This document shows, one piece after another, positions 54,815-64,000 of a stretch of 64,000 nucleotides of DNA (position 1 is the first letter of the stretch; every line of letters begins with the position of its first letter). The stretch is from the human T2T-CHM13v2.0 reference genome, Homo sapiens. The stretch lies in NCBI RefSeq assembly GCF_009914755.1, contig NC_060931.1; one strand, given 5' to 3'. Below the pieces are notes generated by a model, which did no database searches, had not been told where the DNA came from, and saw nothing but the letters and a program-made list of their open reading frames with translations. A program made the translations under genes and the position numbers.

Positions 54815-57084
54815 TGTATTAGTGTGTTTTCATGCTGTTGATAAACACATACATAAGACTGGGAGGAAAATGAGGTTTAATTGGACTTACAGTTTCACAT
54901 GGCTGGGGAGGCCTCAGAATCATGGTGAGGGGCAAAAGACACTGATTACATGGTGGTGGCAAGAGAAAATGAGGAAGAAGCAAAAGTGAAAACCCCTGAT
55001 AAACCCGTCATATCTTGTGAGGCTCGTTCACTATCATGAGAATAGCACGGGGAAGACTGGCCCCCATGATTCAATTACCTCCCGCTAGGTCCCTCCCACG
55101 ACACGTGGGAATTCTGGGAGATACAATTCAAGTTGAGATTTGGGTGGAGACACAGCCAAACCATATCATTATGCCCCTGGCCCCTCCAAATCTCATGTCC
55201 TCACATTTCAAAACCAATTGTGCCTTCCCAACAGTCCCCCAAAGTCTTATTTCAGCATTAAGCCAAAAGTCCACTGTCCAAAGTCTCATGTGAGACAAGG
55301 CAAGTCCCTTCTGCCTATGAGCCTGTAAAATCAAAAGCAAGCTAGTTACTTCCTAGATACAATGGGGGTACAGGTATTGGGTAAATACAGCTGTTCCAGT
55401 GGGAGAAAATGAACAAAACAAAGGGATTACAGGGCCCATGCAAGTCTGAAATCCATCAGGGCAGTCAAATTTTAAAGCTCCAAAGTGATCCCTTGACTCC
55501 AGGTCTCACATCCAGGTCACAATGATGCAAGAGGTGAGTTCCCCCTGGTCTCGGGCAGCTCAGCCCCTGTGGCTTTGCAGGGTACAGCCCCCCTCCCGCT
55601 GCTTTCATAGGCTGCCATTGAGTGTCTGTGGCTTTTCCAGGCACACGGTGCAAGCTGTCAGTGGATCTACCATTTTGGAGTCTAGAGGATTGTGGCCCTC
55701 TTCTCACAGCTCAACTAGGCTGTGTCTCAGTAGGTACTCTGTGTAGGGGCTCTGACCCCACATTTCCCTTCCACACTGCCCTAGCAGAGTTCTCCATGAG
55801 GGCCCCACCTCTGCAGCAAACCTTTGCCTGGACATCCAGGTGTTTCCATACATCTTCTGAAATCCATGCGGAGGTTCCCAAACCTCAATTCTTGACTTCT
55901 GTGCACCTGCAGGCTCAAAACCACATGGAAGCTGCCAAGCCTTGGGACTTTCACCCTCTGAAACCATGGTCTGAGCTATACATTGGCCCCTTTCAGCCAC
56001 ATCTGGAGCAGCTGGGACACAGGGTACCAAGTCCATAAGCTACACAAAGCACAGCAACCTTGGGTCTGGCCCACAAAGCCATTTTTTCCTCATGTGCCTC
56101 CAGGCCTGTGTTAGGAGGGGCTGCTGTGAAGGTCTCTGTCATGGCCTGGAGACACTTTCCCTGTGTTCTTGGGATTAACACTAGGCTCCTTACTACTTAT
56201 GCAAATTTCAGCAGCTGGCTTGAATTTGTCCCCAGAAAATGAGTTTTTATTTTCTATCACATAGTCAGGCTGCAAATTTTCCAAACTTTTATGCTCTGCT
56301 TCCCTTATAAAATGGAATGTTTTTAACAACACCCAAGTCACCTCTTGAATGCTTTGCTGCTTAGAAATTTCTTCTGCCAGATACCATAAATCATCTTTCT
56401 CAAGTTCAAAGTTCCACAAATCTCTATGGCAGGGGCAAAATGCCATCAGTCTCTTTGCTAAAACATAACAAGAGTAACCTTTACTCCAGTTCCTAACAAG
56501 TTTCTCATCTCCATCTGAGACTACCTTAGCCTGGACCTTATTGTCCATATCGCTATCAGTATTTTGGGCAAAGCCATTCAACAAGTCTCTAGGAAGTTCC
56601 AAACTTTCCTACATTTTCCTGTCTTCTTCTGAGCCCTCCAAACTGTTCCAACCTCTGCCTGTTACCTGGTTCCAAAGTGGCTTCCACATTTTCAGGTATC
56701 TTTTCAGCAACACCCCACTCCTGGTACCAATTTACTGTGTTAGTCCATTTTCTCACTGATAAAGACATACTCAGGACTGGAAGAAAAAGAGGTTTAATTG
56801 AACTTACAGTTCCACATGGTTGAGGAGGCCTCAGAATCATGGCAGGAGGTGAAGGCACTTCTTACATGGTGGCAGCAAGAGAAAATGAGGAAGAAGCAAA
56901 AGCAGAAACCCCTGAGAAACCTATCATATCTCATGAAATTTATTCACTATCACGAGAATAGCGTGGGAAAGACTGTCTCCCATGATTAAATGACCTCCCC
57001 CTAGGTCCCTCCCACAACATGTGGGAATTCTGGGAGATACAATTCAAGTTGAGATTTGGTTGGGGACACAGCCAAGCCATATCA
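54815..57084 (-). mobile_element. Full-length THE1A-like MaLR provirus (LTRs 54815-55168 and 56736-57084; internal about 1.57 kb)
   Basis: Two LTRs of about 350 bp, THE1-int ORF relic (56111-56602: ELPRDLLNGFAQN...EEISKQQSIQEVTWVLLK) and TSD GATGG at 54810-54814 and 57085-57089. Confidence 0.95.
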
Positions 57085-57091
57085 GATGGAT

Positions 57092-57123
57092 GGATAGATA
57101 GATAGAGAGATAGATAGATAGAT

Positions 57124-57175
<52 letters not shown>

Positions 57176-57212
57176 TTACCTATGGACATCCTATTATATA
57201 TATGTGTGTGCG

Positions 57213-57249
<37 letters not shown>

Positions 57250-57265
57250 GCACACACATATACAC
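57092..57265. repeat. (GATA)n followed by (TA)n/(CA)n microsatellites
   Basis: Direct reading. Confidence 0.9.
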
Positions 57266-58269
57266 AATTTTCCTATAGCTATCTATCTATATCCTTGATA
57301 GTTCTAGATTTAGATATAGATAACAGAGAATGCCTATGTGTAGGCTCTATACAAGACAATTTACCTCCATGAATTCTCATACCAATTGGTATCCCCATTT
57401 TACAGATGAGGAGCCTGTGACTCAGAGAGAAAAGTAATTTGCTCAGAGCTCCCTACTAGCAGAGTGTCAGAGCCAAGTTTCTAATTCTAGTCTGCCTGGC
57501 TCTGATGCATGGGTTGTTCCACTACATCATGCAGTCTTCACAATGCTGCATATCCCTTCCTGCCTGTGCCCTCACTGCTCATCCCCTTCAAGTTACAAAT
57601 GAGCAAACTGAGGTCCAGAAAGGTGTAGTGACTTGCCAGTGTAATACAGGGAAAAACCAGGTAACGAGTTTTGAGACTGGGACTTTGAATTAATGTATTT
57701 AAATCAAAAAAATGTTTATTAACAATCTTACCTATCAGCCATGTGTGCACGGAAAAAGGAAGAGATAGAGAGAGAGAGACAGCAGAAAGCCGAAAGCCAA
57801 AGTCTTGGGAGCTGGTAGATCATGGATCTGAGAACTTTACATTTCCAGTAAAACATTGCCTATGGAAGGTTTTCAATTGCTTCTGCAGTTTTTCCCTCCC
57901 ACACCACCCTCACTCAGAATAGTGACCTAGAGGAGAAAAGAACAAAAGATCTTTGAACAGGTCATCTGTTTCCTGTCTCTAGCAGGGTGCTGGGGCATTG
58001 AGGGTTTCATCGTGTACTTAACAGGAAGCCTAGACCCTAGATCCATAGACTTGCTCTCTATCTTCTTTGCCTGAAAAAGTTCAATGCATTTAAGAATGTT
58101 GGAGCCATCCCCATTGACACCATCTCTATGATTGATTTTACAAAGGTCACAGCTATGATTCGGAGGCTGAAATGCCACTGCAACCACTTATCTCCTGTCC
58201 TTGCTCCTGGCATTGACAAGGCTGGTATAAAATGGTGAAGTTAGCTCAGAAATATGAGGTTCTAGCCAC

Positions 58270-58672
58270 TAGAACTTGTAAATGTTGTAAGGACAAAGAG
58301 TCTTTGTAGATGTGACTACATTAAGGATCTTGACATGAGGAGATTATCCTAGATTATCAAGGTGGGTCATAAATGCAATCACAAGTGTCCTTAAGAGAAC
58401 ACATGAAGAAGAGGAGAAGGCAATGTGACCACAGAGATTGGCGTGAAGTAGTCATAAATGAAGGAATACTGGCTGCCACTATAAGCTGGAAGGGGCAAGG
58501 GACAGATTCTCCCCAAAGCCTGCAGAGGGATCTCAGTCTTATTGGCACCTTGATTTCAGTCTTGTTATACTGATTTCAGACGTCTGACCTCCAGATTGAG
58601 AGAATAAATTTTTGTTGGCTAAGCCAATTAGTTTGTGAAAATTTGTTACAGAAGCCTGAGAAGACTAATGCA
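58270..58672 (+). mobile_element. MLT1C/D-like MaLR LTR
   Basis: gagtctttgtagatgtgactacattaaggatcttgacatgaggagattatcctagattatc...aaatttgttacagaagcc...ctaatgca. Confidence 0.75.
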
Positions 58673-60094
58673 GATGGTTAGAGATGCATTCCATTAAAAA
58701 CTGAGCAAAACTCTAAAACAAATGTAAGTCTCGTGGCTGACAGCTACATCACTGCAGGAATGAGGAACAGTCTGGTGATGCCCATGTGTACATCTATGAA
58801 GAAAATGAAATCCATCAATGCTCTGGGTCTCTATCCAATTAAGGAGGAAGTTAGGGCTGAAAGAACCCAATGACCTCATTTTTCAGGTGAGGAAAATGAG
58901 ATCTCAGGAGATCATTTAATTTGTCCAAGAGCTATTATCTAGTTCCTCATGATTAATGCTGTGTTAGGACTCCAGACCCAGCTGAAAGGGCTTTGTTATA
59001 AACACATGCACAAAATTAGGTCATAGTGACAAGAACATACTCAATGAAATTATGATTTAAAAAAGAAAAAATAAAGACAGGATTTGGAGAAAATACTATT
59101 AAAATTAGGAGACTAGAATCAAAGCAAAAAAGCTAATGAAATGTACAGACACCCTCCTCAGAGCCAAGAGAATGTCTACAGTTAAGCTTCAACAAACAAA
59201 CAAAAAAAGAAGACTGACCTTGAGCTTCCCAGGAGCCAATGTGAAAGGCAAGCAGAATCAGTTACTTTATTCTTAGTATCACAAGGAGAAAGCATGCCAT
59301 TTCCTCAGGAGAAGCCAAGTGTTCTCTTGTATTAATTTTAAATGTCATTTCTCCTGTGACTTAGTTAACGTGGAAATGTAATAGATGGTGAATGCAATAA
59401 TATTTTTACTGTGTCTTGCAGAGATAATGCAATAATGACTATATCTTGCAATTATCTTTGTTTGATGAAAGCCTCAGGCAAATAATTAAGACAATTCCGA
59501 AACAATGCTTCTGTAAATGAATGGGATGATGGTGTGCATGGAGAAGTGGATGAACTGCTTATCCATTCAAGGATCTCCCATTGACATTTCCCTCCATTGG
59601 GCATTTTCTAAGACCTGCATAGAAGTCAGTCTGAATTTGTTCTCTCTCTGGACAAAGGCCCAGCATACTGATACTCTTCCTCTGTTGAAAGTAGAACCTG
59701 TCTTGCAGGTGATGTCATTGACATTCTTTCATAGAAATAGTCACCTAAGCAATAAGGAAAAACCATCTAGCCCTCCACAATGTGCACCTGGATGTAAAGG
59801 AGGAGTTTGTTTGTTTTTTTTTTTTTTTCCAGGAAACAAGGTACCTCTGTAGAAGCAGCTCAATAGGCACCAACATTGTGATATGCTGGCCAATAGAAAA
59901 ACATCATCTCAGGCTGTGATCACAGAAGTGTGAAGTCTAAAAAACGAGGAGATAAAGGCCTGTTGTTCTGCCCTGTGTTGTCACTTGGATGTACCCGGAA
60001 CATCATAGTCAAACCCACAAGCCATACTTTAGGAAGGTGTCTGTATTAATTAGAACTCCTTCTGCTTCAAGTGACTTAAATTCACTTAGGCAAT

Positions 60095-60368
60095 AGCTGT
60101 GCGTGGTGGCTCACGCTTGTAATCCCAGAACTTTGGGGAGCTCAGGCGGGCAGATTAACCTGAGGCCAGGAGTTCAAGATCAGCCTGGCCAACATGGCAA
60201 AACCCCATCTCTCCTAAAAATACAAAATTTAGCCGGGCTTGATGGTGTGCACCTGTAAACCCAGCTACTCAGGAGGCTGAGGCATGAGAATCGCCTGAGA
60301 TTGCAGTGAGCTGAGATGTCGCCACTGCACTCCAGCCTGAGTGACAAAGTGAGACTCTGTTCAAAAAA
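60095..60368 (+). mobile_element. AluS with right-arm deletion, inserted in an old MLT1-like LTR (about 60042-60700)
   Basis: 17-18-bp TSD aaattcacttaggcaat(a) at 60078-60094 and 60369-60386. Confidence 0.9.
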
Positions 60369-60719
60369 AAATTCACTTAGGCAATAAAATAGCATTTATT
60401 GATTCAAATAATTGGACAGTCTGTAGTAGAACTGCCTTAGGCCCAGCTGAATCCAGGGGCTCAAGTGATGTTATCAGGGCTGTCTTGTGCCCTCCTTCCA
60501 CCTCGTTCCCTCAGAATGTTGACTTCACTCTCAGCAGCAGTCTCCCCACCCCACCCCTGGTAGAAAAGAAGGCCACTGGCAGTCTCAAATTTAGACCCTT
60601 GAATTGTGATTGGCAAAAGAAGAGCTTTCTGTTCCCAGTGCTCCTGGAGGGTATCTCATGGAAGGATTCTTATTGGCCTAGCTTAGTCCATGTGTCCACC
60701 TTCAGATTTATTTATTAAT

Positions 60720-62760
<2,041 letters not shown>

Positions 62761-62858
62761 TACCACTTGTCTACTTTGATATCTAATGAAGAACTCCCAT
62801 CTTTTGGTTATCATTGAATTATTTGATTGATCAGCAATCCTTATCTGCTCATAAGTAG

Positions 62859-63274
<416 letters not shown>

Positions 63275-63596
63275 GTGATCTTATTTTTTGTGTGCTATTT
63301 TTTGAGAAGGAGTACGTATCAAGTGATTAGTGTTTCAAAGACTTATAACTCAGCTCAATATAAGTCAGATGTTTTTAGCTACAGATCTCTTCGCAAGTGA
63401 AATGGGGCTTCTCAAATAGGTGAGCCCTCTACCCTCATAGACAAAGAAGCCAAGACTGGACACCCACTCAGAGGGGATGTTGTGGAAGCATTCCAAGCAA
63501 CCTGAGCTGGACAAAGTTATCCACAGTGATACAACTACTGTGTAAGACTGTGAGAACAGAGATCTGAGCACTTGTCCTCAGTTACTAACTGGATGA

Positions 63597-63937
<341 letters not shown>

Positions 63938-64000
63938 AGTTTCCTTATCTTTCCAACAGGGATAATAGTGCCTTTTTCACAAGGCTGTTGAGAGAATTAA

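Noticed and set aside
56111-56602. 163-aa ORF as a novel gene
   Set aside because: Fragment of the decayed THE1 internal ORF; neighbouring pieces are frameshifted.

Overview
Human genomic DNA holding the 3' half of NPSR1 (neuropeptide S receptor 1, also GPRA/GPR154; chr7p14 from recall) on the + strand. Coding exons 5 (74-275), 6 (7057-7133), 7 (17569-17655) and 8 (21156-21336) splice in frame through canonical GT-AG junctions. Exon 8 joins either of two mutually exclusive terminal exons: 9a (22238-22328, isoform A, 371 aa, AATAAA at 22715) or 9b (50749-50857, isoform B, 377 aa) about 28 kb further on. Exon numbers and residue numbers rely on the recalled NPSR1 sequence. The rest is intron and 3' flank dominated by transposons: eight Alus, an old L1 of about 5 kb, a 5'-truncated L1PA, two full-length MaLR proviruses (MSTA-like with a nested THE1 LTR, and THE1A-like), solo LTRs, hAT and mariner MITEs, L2/MIR relics and microsatellites. 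Repeat subfamilies were assigned by eye and need RepeatMasker/Dfam confirmation. I found no new protein-coding gene and no clearly novel system. The best leads all concern isoform choice and antisense control: antisense THE1 promoters with intact DUX4 motifs, in-frame upstream acceptors on both terminal exons, a 33/34-bp direct repeat right after the isoform-B stop, an inverted AluY pair behind the isoform-A poly(A) site, and a hidden mini-intron/poison-exon signature in intron 5.
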